Assembly (NCBI GenBank): GCA_032718475.1 | Contig: JAUCBJ010006646.1 | Span: forward strand, 1 to 64,000 | Source: Nemertoderma westbladi | Taxonomy: Eukaryota; Animalia; Xenacoelomorpha | DNA length: 64,000 bases | Direction of reading: 5' to 3' | Shown here: positions 1-13,423 of the stretch, one piece after another | Layout of the letters: each line of letters starts with the position of its first letter | How positions within the stretch are numbered: position 1 is the first letter of the stretch | Made by a program: the position numbers and the translations under genes | Notes under the pieces: generated by a model | Databases searched by the model: none | Seen by the model: the letters and a program-made list of their open reading frames with translations, nothing else | Told to the model about the DNA's origin: nothing

Positions 1-66
1 CTAATAATAGCTAACTAGTTAGCTAATAATAGCTAACTAGTTAGCTAATAATAGCTAACTAGTTAG
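1..66. repeat. 22-bp tandem repeat (CTAATAATAGCTAACTAGTTAG) x3, truncated by the window start
   Basis: Unit read directly three times. Confidence 0.85.
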
Positions 67-86
67 CACATTAACTAAATATTTGG

Positions 87-3000
87 GCTGTGTGTGTGTA
101 TTACATTGTGGTTCATACAATTTGTGAGCTGTGTGTGTGTATTACATTGTGGTTCATACAATTTGTGAGCTGTGTGTGTGTATTACATTGTGGTTCATAC
201 AATTTGTGAGCTGTGTGTGTGTATTAATTGTGGTTCATACAATTTGTGAGCTGTGTGTGTGTATTACATTGTGGTTCATACAATTTGTGAGCTGTGTGTG
301 TGTATTACATTGTGGTTCATACAATTTGTGAGCTGTGTGTGTGTATTACATTGTGGTTCATACAATTTGTGAGCTGTGTGTGTGTATTACATTGTGGTTC
401 ATACAATTTGTGAGCTGTGTGTGTGTATTACATTGTGGTTCATACAATTTGTGAGCTGTGTGTGTGTATTACATTGTGGTTCATACAATTTGTGAGCTGT
501 GTGTGTGTATTACATTGTGGTTCATACAATTTGTGAGCTGTGTGTGTGTATTACATTGTGGTTCATACAATTTGTGAGCTGTGTGTGTGTATTACATTGT
601 GGTTCATACAATTTGTGAGCTGTGTGTGTGTATTACATTGTGGTTCATACAATTTGTGAGCTGTGTGTGTGTATTACATTGTGGTTCATACAATTTGTGA
701 GCTGTGTGTGTGTATTACATTGTGGTTCATACAATTTGTGAGCTGTGTGTGTGTATTACATTGTGGTTCATACAATTTGTGAGCTGTGTGTGTGTATTAC
801 ATTGTGGTTCATACAATTTGTGAGCTGTGTGTGTGTATTACATTGTGGTTCATACAATTTGTGAGCTGTGTGTGTGTATTACATTGTGGTTCATACAATT
901 TGTGAGCTGTGTGTGTGTATTACATTGTGGTTCATACAATTTGTGAGCTGTGTGTGTGTATTACATTGTGGTTCATACAATTTGTGAGCTGTGTGTGTGT
1001 ATTACATTGTGGTTCATACAATTTGTGAGCTGTGTGTGTGTATTACATTGTGGTTCATACAATTTGTGAGCTGTGTGTGTGTATTACATTGTGGTTCATA
1101 CAATTTGTGAGCTGTGTGTGTGTATTACATTGTGGTTCATACAATTTGTGAGCTGTGTGTGTGTATTACATTGTGGTTCATACAATTTGTGAGCTGTGTG
1201 TGTGTATTACATTGTGGTTCATACAATTTGTGAGCTGTGTGTGTGTATTACATTGTGGTTCATACAATTTGTGAGCTGTGTGTGTGTATTACATTGTGGT
1301 TCATACAATTTGTGAGCTGTGTGTGTGTATTACATTGTGGTTCATACAATTTGTGAGCTGTGTGTGTGTATTACATTGTGGTTCATACAATTTGTGAGCT
1401 GTGTGTGTGTATTACATTGTGGTTCATACAATTTGTGAGCTGTGTGTGTGTATTACATTGTGGTTCATACAATTTGTGAGCTGTGTGTGTGTATTACATT
1501 GTGGTTCATACAATTTGTGAGCTGTGTGTGTGTATTACATTGTGGTTCATACAATTTGTGAGCTGTGTGTGTGTATTACATTGTGGTTCATACAATTTGT
1601 GAGCTGTGTGTGTGTATTACATTGTGGTTCATACAATTTGTGAGCTGTGTGTGTGTATTACATTGTGGTTCATACAATTTGTGAGCTGTGTGTGTGTATT
1701 ACATTGTGGTTCATACAATTTGTGAGCTGTGTGTGTGTATTACATTGTGGTTCATACAATTTGTGAGCTGTGTGTGTGTATTACATTGTGGTTCATACAA
1801 TTTGTGAGCTGTGTGTGTGTATTACATTGTGGTTCATACAATTTGTGAGCTGTGTGTGTGTATTACATTGTGGTTCATACAATTTGTGAGCTGTGTGTGT
1901 GTATTACATTGTGGTTCATACAATTTGTGAGCTGTGTGTGTGTATTACATTGTGGTTCATACAATTTGTGAGCTGTGTGTGTGTATTACATTGTGGTTCA
2001 TACAATTTGTGAGCTGTGTGTGTGTATTACATTGTGGTTCATACAATTTGTGAGCTGTGTGTGTGTATTACATTGTGGTTCATACAATTTGTGAGCTGTG
2101 TGTGTGTATTACATTGTGGTTCATACAATTTGTGAGCTGTGTGTGTGTATTACATTGTGGTTCATACAATTTGTGAGCTGTGTGTGTGTATTACATTGTG
2201 GTTCATACAATTTGTGAGCTGTGTGTGTGTATTACATTGTGGTTCATACAATTTGTGAGCTGTGTGTGTGTATTACATTGTGGTTCATACAATTTGTGAG
2301 CTGTGTGTGTGTATTACATTGTGGTTCATACAATTTGTGAGCTGTGTGTGTGTATTACATTGTGGTTCATACAATTTGTGAGCTGTGTGTGTGTATTACA
2401 TTGTGGTTCATACAATTTGTGAGCTGTGTGTGTGTATTACATTGTGGTTCATACAATTTGTGAGCTGTGTGTGTGTATTACATTGTGGTTCATACAATTT
2501 GTGAGCTGTGTGTGTGTATTACATTGTGGTTCATACAATTTGTGAGCTGTGTGTGTGTATTACATTGTGGTTCATACAATTTGTGAGCTGTGTGTGTGTA
2601 TTACATTGTGGTTCATACAATTTGTGAGCTGTGTGTGTGTATTACATTGTGGTTCATACAATTTGTGAGCTGTGTGTGTGTATTACATTGTGGTTCATAC
2701 AATTTGTGAGCTGTGTGTGTGTATTACATTGTGGTTCATACAATTTGTGAGCTGTGTGTGTGTATTACATTGTGGTTCATACAATTTGTGAGCTGTGTGT
2801 GTGTATTACATTGTGGTTCATACAATTTGTGAGCTGTGTGTGTGTATTACATTGTGGTTCATACAATTTGTGAGCTGTGTGTGTGTATTACATTGTGGTT
2901 CATACAATTTGTGAGCTGTGTGTGTGTATTACATTGTGGTTCATACAATTTGTGAGCTGTGTGTGTGTATTACATTGTGGTTCATACAATTTGTGAGCTG

Positions 3001-4142
3001 TGTGTGTGTATTACATTGTGGTTCATACAATTTGTGAGCTGTGTGTGTGTATTACATTGTGGTTCATACAATTTGTGAGCTGTGTGTGTGTATTACATTG
3101 TGGTTCATACAATTTGTGAGCTGTGTGTGTGTATTACATTGTGGTTCATACAATTTGTGAGCTGTGTGTGTGTATTACATTGTGGTTCATACAATTTGTG
3201 AGCTGTGTGTGTGTATTACATTGTGGTTCATACAATTTGTGAGCTGTGTGTGTGTATTACATTGTGGTTCATACAATTTGTGAGCTGTGTGTGTGTATTA
3301 CATTGTGGTTCATACAATTTGTGAGCTGTGTGTGTGTATTACATTGTGGTTCATACAATTTGTGAGCTGTGTGTGTGTATTACATTGTGGTTCATACAAT
3401 TTGTGAGCTGTGTGTGTGTATTACATTGTGGTTCATACAATTTGTGAGCTGTGTGTGTGTATTACATTGTGGTTCATACAATTTGTGAGCTGTGTGTGTG
3501 TATTACATTGTGGTTCATACAATTTGTGAGCTGTGTGTGTGTATTACATTGTGGTTCATACAATTTGTGAGCTGTGTGTGTGTATTACATTGTGGTTCAT
3601 ATAATTTGTGAGCTGTGTGTGTGTATTACATTGTGGTTCATACAATTTGTGAGCTGTGTGTGTGTATTACATTGTGGTTCATACAATTTGTGAGCTGTGT
3701 GTGTGTATTACATTGTGGTTCATACAATTTTTGAGCTGTGTGTGTGTATTACATTGTGGTTCATGCAATTTGTGAGCTGTGTGTGTGTATTACATTGTGG
3801 TTCATACAATTTGTGAGCTGTGTGTGTGTATTACATTGTGGTTCATACAATTTGTGAGCTGTGTGTGTGTATTACATTGTGGTTCATACAATTTTTGAGC
3901 TGTGTGTGTGTATTACATTGTGGTTCATACAATTTTTGAGCTGTGTGTGTGTATTACATTGTGGTTCATATAATTTGTGAGCTGTGTGTGTGTATTACAT
4001 TGTGGTTCATACAATTTGTGAGCTGTGTGTGTGTATTACATTGTGGTTCATGCAATTTGTGAGCTGTGTGTGTGTATTACATTGTGGTTCATACAATTTG
4101 TGAGCTGTGTGTGTGTATTACATTGTGGTTCATACAATTTGT
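87..4142. repeat. 41-bp tandem satellite, ~99 copies (GCTGTGTGTGTGTATTACATTGTGGTTCATACAATTTGTGA)
   Basis: Period 41 read directly; near-identical units with no unique spacers; variants appear only near the array ends. Confidence 0.97.
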
Positions 4143-4771
4143 CACAGTTAATTGACGCAATGCTTCCTTAGCCTGTTATTTGCTATTGCAAATTTATTTA
4201 TGGATGAAGAGCACTTGCAGTTGTTCAGGTAAGAGTTTGTTATCACTGATAAGGTTGTGTGTAGAGATAGTAAGACAGAAGGAAGCCGAACCAGTGCTCA
4301 CATGAGGAGTTAGCACAATGGCAAAACATTATGAAAAGCCATTCCACCTCGGTGGCTTATGGGAGATTAGCCCGACGCATTAAACTATATTAGGCAGCGG
4401 GGAAGAGGCCAGATTGTGGATTCATTGCTTGGTTTTAGCCAGATTCACACCGAGCTTTAGAAAGGAGATATTCAATTTATTTAATGAAATATCCCCCGCA
4501 TTGTTCTCTTGAACTGCATCATCATCATTCAGCTTACAGCCTTTCAAATAACTGGAATAAAGTTAACAGGTTGAGAAACAAGTTTTACTCATTCTACGAT
4601 TATACCTTAGGGATAACAATATGGTCTCCGATGCCTGAAACACTCTTGAAAGAGCATGTTAATGAGATTTAAACTCTGACTAGGAACGATACCTAAATTG
4701 ACTTAGATGTTACAAAAGGAATACAAAAACATGAACTATGTAGCCACTACTGCCACATAATAATCAACTGC

Positions 4772-4998
4772 TGGTGACCTCCGGGTTGGAAGTCTGACGC
4801 TCTAACCATTCAGCTAGTGGCTCAGGTAAAATATAGGCCTGAAAATACTATGTGATACAATAATGTTTGTCCGCAATTTACCTCCTATGGCCTCACATCT
4901 GTCAATTCCATCATATGCTGTCGTACTTGGCCGTCTTTAACCACTCGCCGGGCCACTTCCGACCCGGAGGTCACAAGTTCGATCCCACCTGGACCTCA
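4772..4998. repeat. Rearranged tRNA-derived SINE-like fragments
   Basis: Minus strand at ~4775-4816 reads TAGCTGAATGGTTAGAGCG...ACTTCCAACCCGGAGGTCAC (A-box-like); plus strand at ~4955-4990 reads ACTTCCGACCCGGAGGTCACAAGTTCGATCCC (B-box-like). No complete cloverleaf. Confidence 0.4.
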
Positions 4999-5216
4999 TT
5001 GCCGACTTTGCAAAAGCTCTGCCCAACAAAAAGTTATAATAATAAGAAACCACTCATTCAACCATTACAGCATACATAATAATCAATCTGCCACATAATA
5101 ATGGTCCTTATATATTATCCCCTGTTTCTATTCCAACAATGAGAATTCCCACCAATGAAAAATCAATAAACAAAAAAAAACAAATTTTTGTTGTGTCAGA
5201 ATTATTCAAGATAGTG

Positions 5217-5374
5217 TCGGAAATGTTCGGAAATTGTTAGGTTCGGAATTGTTCAGGTCGGAATTGTTTAGGTCGGATTTGTTAGGTTCGGAATTGTTCG
5301 GTTTGGAATTGTTAGGTTCGGAATTGTTAGGTTCGGAATTGTTCAGGTCGGAATTTTTTGGTTTGAATTGTTCG
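5217..5374. repeat. 15-bp minisatellite (TCGGAATTGTTAGGT-like), ~10 copies
   Basis: Repeated GGAATTGTT core at 15-bp period. Confidence 0.85.
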
Positions 5375-5842
5375 AATCGATATAAAATATCAGGTCAACA
5401 GAACAGCAGCTATTAAATATTCAATAAATTATTATCCATAACAACAGAAATGTATTTCTTTAATAAAAACATAATAAGTATACGCGACTGTGGGAGGGAC
5501 TTTGTAAGTTCAAAAATCATTTGAATTACGATAAATTGTAATGCTTATTAAATGCTTACATTACTTACATTACATTGCTTACATATTAAGGCTAATATAC
5601 ATTTCTGCTGTTTGGGCCTATCCATTCAATCAATAGTAGTAGCTTACTAGACCCTCATGAGAACCAGCAGCTGATGTTTCTATTATTGAGTCTATGGCAA
5701 TTTTCGTGCTTTGGGAATATTGTTGGAAATGAAAAAAGAGACTTTCAAAATTTTTTTAGAAACTTGTTTTCCACATCCTGGGGCTTCTATTGATATAATT
5801 TTCATGGACGGACGAGCTACAGTTTCGGAGGAATTCACCCGA

Positions 5843-6049
5843 CATACATACATACATACATACATATATACATACATACATAAATACATACATACATACA
5901 TACATACATACATACATACATACATACATACATACATACATACATACATACATACATACATACATACATACATACATACATACATACATACATACATACA
6001 TACATACATACATACATACATACACACATACATACATACATACATACAT
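5843..6049. repeat. (TACA)n microsatellite
   Basis: Read directly. Confidence 0.97.
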
Positions 6050-6144
6050 AGTGAATACTTTTACAGTAAGAAGTCCCAACGGTCTTCTAATAACCTTCAG
6101 TGTAACTAAGCGAGTGAGGACAAATATCTTATATAATGATCTTC

Positions 6145-6619
6145 CATAATGATTGCCACCCCCCCCCCCCCCCCCCCCCTCCCCCCCCTGGCCAGCCAAA
6201 ACTGTCAGACATGCACCTTAGTGTAATATACCATTCGAAAGAGAATTTGAGATTTAATCACAATTAAAAAAAAAATTATCCAGCGTTAGACATCAACTTT
6301 GTAGGTTGCAGCCCTGTTTAAACAGTTGTATGTTAAACATGTTTAAACATTGCTGTAAAGCTGATGACTAACGCTGGATAATTTATATTTTTTAAATTGC
6401 GATTAAATCACAAATATTGAAAAGTAGGATAGGTTTAAAGAATTGCCTATAAAATTTTTATACTTTTGTATTGGACCCTAAATGTTTGCATGTAAGCTCA
6501 GAATTAAATTCTCTTTCGAATGGTATATTACACTAAGGTGCATTTCTGACAGTTTTGGCTCGCCAGGGTGGGGGGGGGGGGGGGGGGGGGGGGTGGCAAT
6601 CATTATGAAACACCCGGTA
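6145..6619. mobile_element. MITE, Tc1/mariner-like, left tip truncated
   Basis: ~105-bp inverted repeats (6145-6250 vs ~6505-6607, including poly-C/poly-G tracts) and an internal palindrome at ~6275-6383. The right end reads TA-CCGGGTGTTTCATAATG on the minus strand, a mariner-type terminus. Confidence 0.7.
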
Positions 6620-7375
6620 CAGTATGACCACCATATGTTATTAGATTACCGGGTTATTAGCTTGTGGTTTATTGACAGGTCGCCTGAGACAACTGCCTCG
6701 ATTGGTGCATTCAAACTAAAGAGAAAGAATTTAATAATTGTTATTATTATTACATGACAATGCCGTATTTCAATTGGAATGGAACTAGAAATTAGGAATT
6801 AGGTCAAGTATCTAGAATCAAGTCGGATGAGGTTTACATTTCATAGCAACGATGCTGTAATGCGGTGTAATATATTTTATCATTTAACTCATATCAAGAT
6901 TATTCTAACAATACTCATTTGAGTTAGGTGTAAAGTACGCTATTGGGGGTGGAATAATGCACTATTGCAGCTGTGTAAATCTGATCTGATAAAGTAAGTC
7001 CCAGTTACATGAGAGATAATAGCTTATCTCCTTTTTTAAGGACATGCCTCCACATTTACTCACTCTACTAGAACTAATTATGGACTCGAGGCATATCATT
7101 AAGCATGATTGCTTTGGAACTACATTTGTAATAATAAGCAAACGATTGTAATATTATGGATGGATCAAGTAGAAGGTTAATTATAACTTTCCCTAAAGGT
7201 AGAGCAACTACAGCATAATAAAATTACGGACAAAAATTGATTTTGAAAAGTTGAAACACATTAGTTGAGCTGTCTGTTATATGAAAACAATTGATATTTC
7301 GGTGAGAGTTCTTTTAATATTTGAGTAACAGGAGTGTGGCTTTATGCAGCAGAAGCTGCAACCAAGTTAGCGAAC

Positions 7376-8698
7376 TACTACTACTAGGATCGGCATGCTG
7401 CATTGCAGCTGCATTTTTAAGAATGCTGTGCCGGCTTGTCAACAAAATTGCACCGCCACAACTCCCTATCACCCATGACATTTGCTAGATCATCCGCATC
7501 TTTAAGGCCAGTGTCCTTTAAGATGCGTCTCAAGAAAGTCATGGGCTGTCCACCATGCTTATTCACTCCATGAGGCTGCCAAAGTACAAGATTATGCACT
7601 GGCTGGTCCTCACGGCGAAAGCAATGTCCTGCAAAGCGGAGGCGATTTTGTTCTAGTGTCAAGCTTGGGGGAACCAATGAGACACCTCCAATGTTATATA
7701 GTGTCTGGTTGGAGATGTGTGCATTGTACTTGACACAATGAACCCGGCGTAGCATTCTTGTGAATGTGCCATCCAGAGATTTGGTGTCCTCAGCAGTTAG
7801 AGCCCAGCATGGACTCCCGTAGAGGAGTACTGGAACTACTGCTGCTCTGAATAATCGGACCTTAAGTTTCCGATTAATTCTAGGTGACTTCCAAATCCTG
7901 GAAAGCCTATTCAAGGCTGCCCATGCCTTTCCCTTACGTATTCGAAGGTCCTCACCTGACTTCCGGATCCATGATCCCAGGTAACAGAAGTCGTCCACAT
8001 GCTCAAGCATACCATCCTTTGAGCTTATGCTCATCCGATCAGAGACTTGCTGAGGACTTTCAAAGTTAACTGTCAGAATTTTGGTCTTTCTGGAGTTAAT
8101 AAAAAGACCAACACTAGAAGCAGCATGTTCTAATGAGCTGAGGAGCCGCTGGGCTCCCTCTAATGATTCTGAGAGTACTCCTAAGTCATCAGCAAAGTCT
8201 AGATCAGTTAGGTACTTGGCAGGATTTCCTCGACTTCTGGAGCCAGTAGGTGGAGTTATCATCACCCCATCATCATTATGATGATCTAAGGACATGCGTA
8301 GAACATAGTCAACCACAATAATGAACAAGAATGGTGCAAGTGTGTCTCCTTGGAGGACGCCCCATAACACTTCAAATGGTTCTGTGTCACCATCAACAGT
8401 AGACACAAATGTTGTCGAACCATCGTATACTGATCTGATTGCTGCAATAATTTCATCAGGAATCCCATATAATGAAAGTATGCTGAACATACGTGAGCGA
8501 GAGACTGAATCAAAGGCCTTGAAGAAGTCAACAAAGATAACAGCCAGATGCCTGTCTTTCTTTTTTGATAACTCTTCAATTATCCTTCTAAGTGCCAAAA
8601 TGGGCTCCATGGTCCCACGACCTTTACGGAACCCATTCTGATTTCCACGTAGCAGTCTCTCAATGGGATCCCTGATGCGATTTAATAGAATTCTATTG
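7376..8698 (-). mobile_element. 5'-truncated RTE-clade LINE (family A) with open RT ORF 7417..8610
   Basis: RT motifs FVDFFKAFDS, GVLQGDTLAP, LDFADD, FCYLGS; short 3' UTR ending in (TAG)n; 8-bp TSD TAGCGAAC at 7368-7375 and 8699-8706. Confidence 0.92.
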
Positions 8699-8974
8699 TA
8701 GCGAACAATTATAATTAATTATACTATTGCTGCTAGTTATTTATATATTTTAAAGTTCTGATATTGGAATCCGACAAACACTTTTGGAAAACGGACATAG
8801 TATAATTATTAGAGTTCACTGTTGGCTCGCAGGTCTGACTCGCCCCACAATGATTGCAATTGAGATGATTAATTACCTCAGGTAGGTGGTGGAGTCCACA
8901 ACGAGTACACAATTATGGAATACACATATTTATAAACCTTTTGTCCGTCATACTTATAATTATGGGTGGGCATG

Positions 8975-9900
8975 AAACACCTTACCCTAATACCATAAAG
9001 TTTGGCGTTTGTCATGTGTTGTCTCCAGCTGATGTTTAGGGCCGCCCTTAGTAGTCTTGTGTAGCAACCATCAATTCGTTGTTCAAGTGATTTAGTATGT
9101 GTCCAGGTCTCACCCCCGTATAAAAATACACTATCCACTGTGGCTCGAAAGAACTTAGTCTGCAGGTGCCTGGAGAGATCTGATTTCCAGATGGTATCCA
9201 TTTTTGATAGAGCTACCCAAACCTTTGCTTTCCTAACTTCTATGTCCTTTTTGCTAATCTATATCCATTATCCAAGGTACTGGAAGTCGTCGACCTTCCT
9301 TAGTTGATTATTATCAATGGTTGTCAAGTTTCCATCAACATTAAAGGTCATGCATTCGGTCTTGGTAGCATTTATATGCAATCCAAACTCCTTAGCAGCC
9401 CTCTCCACTTTATTTAGTAGAAGCCGTGCGTCTGCTGGCGTATTAGAGAGCAGGGCGATGTCATCTGCAAAGTCGGTGTCTGTGATAGTAGTTGCCGAAT
9501 ATCTACTACTTCTGTGTTCTTGAAGTGTGAATTGCAGATCTTCACCCTTTGTGGCCGCCCTCATTGCGTAATCCAGCACGATTACAAATAGTAATGGTGT
9601 TAATGTGTCACCTTGCAGTACGCCATCCAGGATTGAGAAAACTATCTGGTTCACCATCTGGTGAGAGTACCTGCGCTTCTGTGTCACAATATAACAATCC
9701 AATGCCAGCAACAATTACTTCTGGTATTCCATAAGCTCTTAGGATTTCAAGCATTTTACCTCTATGAATGGAGTCGAATGCCTTCTTGAACTCCACATAA
9801 GTCATGACTGCGGGGAGATGCTTTGACTTAATTCCTTCAATCAGACTCGATAGTGCAAGTATCTGAGCTATTGTTGATCTATTTGCTCGAAATCCATATC
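8975..9900 (-). mobile_element. Degenerate RTE-clade LINE (second family), frameshifted RT
   Basis: ORF pieces GFRANRSTIAQILAL, KKAFDSIHR, GVLQGDTL, TDFADDIALL, FQYLG, IDGCYTRLLR across several frames. Confidence 0.85.
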
Positions 9901-10864
9901 CAATCCAAATTATAGCACAATAAATCAAATTTATTCACAATTTATTGATGGGTACAGAAGTAGACCTATACGTTTTAGTATCATGCTGCTAGACCAACCC
10001 CACGGATTCCAGCACCATCCCCGAAACCCAATCCTCGCCACAATCACTGACTGACACGGAGGCAGAGAGAGCTGGACTGGAGGAATGCGAATTGCAACCT
10101 CTGGCGAATACTCCCAAACACGCACGCCAGGCCCCTGTCTCACATGCCACCTCGCCTCCCCACGAGGGTCTCAGCAAGATGGCGGATTAGGATATAGGCC
10201 TATATAGGCCGATATAGGCTAGAGATACTGAGAGTACTTTTATGTCATCAACAATGATGAGTAAGTGATGGTAAACAGGACTCTGTTTCAGTGATCTGCT
10301 GCCTCCTCAGAGGGCTTCTAAATGTCAGCACATGCAATACTGCTGCCTGGAATAAATTTACCTTCAGATATGTGAAGTTTGGCTTCAAAGCGATTTACAT
10401 AGCCTTGATAGCTTATTCATTGCCTTGCATCGACATTTCCTCTTTTTCAGAAGAAGTAATAGGACACTGCCATTGGCTGCATCACTCACATCATTAACAA
10501 ACTGTGGTACCACTCGCAGAGATCCCTATTTTCACTGACCAGTGCATCTTACCTGTTGGAGACCCTAATAGTATCATAGGACTTAACTGCATGGACTTGT
10601 TAGAAAGGCTATGATTAGTTTGCAAAGGAAGCACCGTGAGGTCACAGATAGGGTTCCAATACTTCTTCATAAATAGGATATGGTCGATCCAGCACTTATG
10701 ATGACGACTGGGACCTGTGTGGTTTAGTTTCCCATGTTTCTTCTCAATCTCTGTTGCTGCAGAAAACAGTTAATTAGCAAGGATGAAATGCTGTAAAATT
10801 CCTTAATTCAGTTGACATGGTTTAGTTAGTATGTTGTATACTGAAGGCATATGATGCGACAAAT

Positions 10865-10973
10865 CAAAATAATTTTCAAAGAGAGCTGATCTTGCTATTC
10901 TTGTGGAATTTATTGACTTAGTCAATAATTTCCTCAAGAATAGCAAGATCACCTCCCTTCGAAAATTATTTTG
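10865..10973. repeat. ~109-bp near-perfect palindrome
   Basis: Arms CAAAATAATTTTCAAAGAGAG...TTATTGACT and AGTCAATAA...GAAAATTATTTTG are reverse complements with about 5 mismatches and essentially no spacer. Confidence 0.85.
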
Positions 10974-11959
10974 AAAATCATCTGCAACAGTTTCACCAGC
11001 AGTTCTAGAGGGGGAATAACATAAGATTGAAACTGCCTTCGGATACTTTTTATCTCTCCTACCAGAACATGTAGAGTGGTAATGGATGATTATATCGATG
11101 AAGTGGTTTAATTATAAAAGGCTGCATGAGCAGTAGTATTGAGAAGGAAACCAAAATTACCATCACCTTTGTCATGGCAGACACTGAACTGTAGAATGTA
11201 CAAATAATTATTGCTGTAGAAAAGTCATATGCATACCCCTGAATGTGCCTGAGAGCTTTTCCATTGAAGCTACTATGATTGGAGATTCAAGAGTTCATAC
11301 TTTATCATAATATTTAATAATTAATTAGCAGTACTGTTTGTATTGCAGGCTGGCTATTGTGGCCATACTTTTTCTTTCTGCATTAACCACAATTGCAATG
11401 TTTCACTGGACCTGTGCTGTAGTCCAGTCAATCTTGACAAATAGTGGGGGTAACCTGAAACCAATTCGTAATTCATCCAAACCAAATTTTGTATTCTACA
11501 TTATCTCTCTTGGTGCAAACAAACTTTACAACGTTTGTCAAACCTTGCAATGAGTATCCTTTGACTCAACTATGAACTTAATACATAGTTACAAGTTTAA
11601 TTAAAGAAGCAACAATTTTCCAATTATACCATATATATATATATTTATTTAGTTACATATTTAAAATAATATTTGGATCAACAAATACACTAAAAGAACA
11701 ATTATTAATATAGTAGCAGTCTGTACTGTAGTATAATATATATATTTAAATAAAATATAAAATAAATATGTGCGTGGCAGTGCCCTGGTCACTATATGAT
11801 GCAAAATATTATGGAAAAAGGAGATAGGAAAATATCCGTAGAACGCTCAGTGATGAAAAAGCTTTGCAGAATGATATGAGATGGTAGAAGAACCAAATAT
11901 TCAAACCAGTGGTTAAACCAGTGGTTAGTTCCTACATTTCAATTTCTTAATTGATAAAT

Positions 11960-12224
11960 AGTAGTAGTAGGATCGCGGATCGGCATGCTGCATTGCAGCT
12001 GCATTTTTAAGAATGCTGTGCCGGCTTGTCGTCAAAATTGCGCCGCCACAACTCCCTATCACCCATGACATTTGCTAGATCATCCGCATCTTTAAGGCCA
12101 GTGTCCTTTAAGATGCGTCTCAAGAAAGTCATGGGCTGTCCACCATGCTTATTCACTCCATGAGGCTGCCAAAGTACAAGATTATGCACTGGCTGGTCCT
12201 CACGGCGAAACAATGTCCTGCTGA
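11960..12224 (-). mobile_element. Short 3' fragment of RTE family A
   Basis: Near identical to 7387-7632; 12-bp TSD TAATTGATAAAT at 11948-11959 and 12225-12236. Confidence 0.9.
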
Positions 12225-13022
12225 TAATTGATAAATGTAGCCAGGCTAACATAAAAAAAAACTCTAGTTCGCAAATATCATCCAAATCAAATATCAGCTT
12301 TCGTCACCTAATGGCCTACAAATATTTTCCTTATAATTCACACATTTTATTTTATAAGAATCATTTTACATCCTAAGCTCTGGGGTTATATGATTTTAGT
12401 GTGGCTAAGAAGTAGTGGAATGATTACTAAGCATGTACACCAGTACAGTAATGGAAAATCTACGCCTAAATACACGAACATACATTATTTCATTAATTAT
12501 ATTACTTTCTTATAACGTATTATTCTTTATTTTGCAGTAAATATTAATTCTATATAATATTTAATTTAATTTTCAATTCAATTTTTACAATTCTTTATTG
12601 TAATTCTATTCATATACCGTACACTAAATTTGAATTGGTTTATATGAATCCGAAGGTTCATGTTTTTCTTACTTTGTTGGTAACTTTTGGCTAGTTTGAC
12701 GGCTGTTTATAAAATAAAATGTGTGAATATCTGGTAGCTGCGAAGAAAAATATAATAATTGCATTGACCCATTTATTGTTGCACTGTTACCATTGCTTTT
12801 TTGGATCCAACTCCCATTAATAATATATTGATCCATGGCCATTGCACCAACTCTTTTTTGCTGGTGTAAATGATTTATCATCTATGTAAGTTAAACATTT
12901 ATTTAAATATTAAAACAAACACCATATACAACTAGATAGACTAAAATGCATATGTCTTAGTACAAATACATTTTTGTATGAATGGAAACGAAATATATAG
13001 CCTGTAGAGGTACCTGGTACAT

Positions 13023-13423
13023 TCATGGTTCTATTGTAGATATTGTTTCAGAGCATGCGCATGCAGATATAACTTTAATAGTGTGCACGTATACTGATTC
13101 ATCCCCAATTCTTGTGAATAAAATGCTCTTGTCTACTTTAGCAGTCGGGGCACAACATTTGTATTTGCCAGCATGCATATTTAATATATCATGGGCAGTG
13201 AGCGGCTCGGGGGTAGGGTGACCGTAACAGGTGCCTTCACATCTAGCCAAAGTAATAAATGGGGAGACAAACATCATTTCGTTGGTGTCTGGTAGTTGTA
13301 CAGTGTAATTGAAGAGACAACAAACTCCCTCCCCACAAGGATTTACATTTCTTCTAATTCGAGTTCTCGTTGAGTATCTGAATAGCGGTTGCCTTTTCTC
13401 GTTGACAGTTAGGAATTTTGTAT
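13023..13423 (-). CDS. Exon 4 of divergent TGF-beta-superfamily ligand (furin site plus mature cystine-knot domain)
   Basis: Acceptor ttgtcacAG. Reads ...YSTRTRIRR/NVNPCGEGVCCLF...ARCEGTC...KCCAPT...ISACACS..., a nine-Cys pattern (C, CC, CxGxC, CC, CxC) like TGF-beta/activin/myostatin mature domains. Confidence 0.85.

Noticed and set aside
87-4142. CRISPR array
   Set aside because: Units are contiguous and identical, with no unique spacers, no cas genes and a eukaryotic context.
4772-4998. Functional tRNA gene
   Set aside because: A-box and B-box-like pieces are on different strands and no full cloverleaf forms.
5692-6199. ORFs with MYVC/HTYI repeats (also 131..331, 5234..5416, 16183..16467, 25234..25731)
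   Set aside because: Translations of micro/minisatellites.
9990-11560. Possible coding remnants here and at 18100-19640
   Set aside because: Composition looks coding-like in places, but frames are broken and I recognise no motif.
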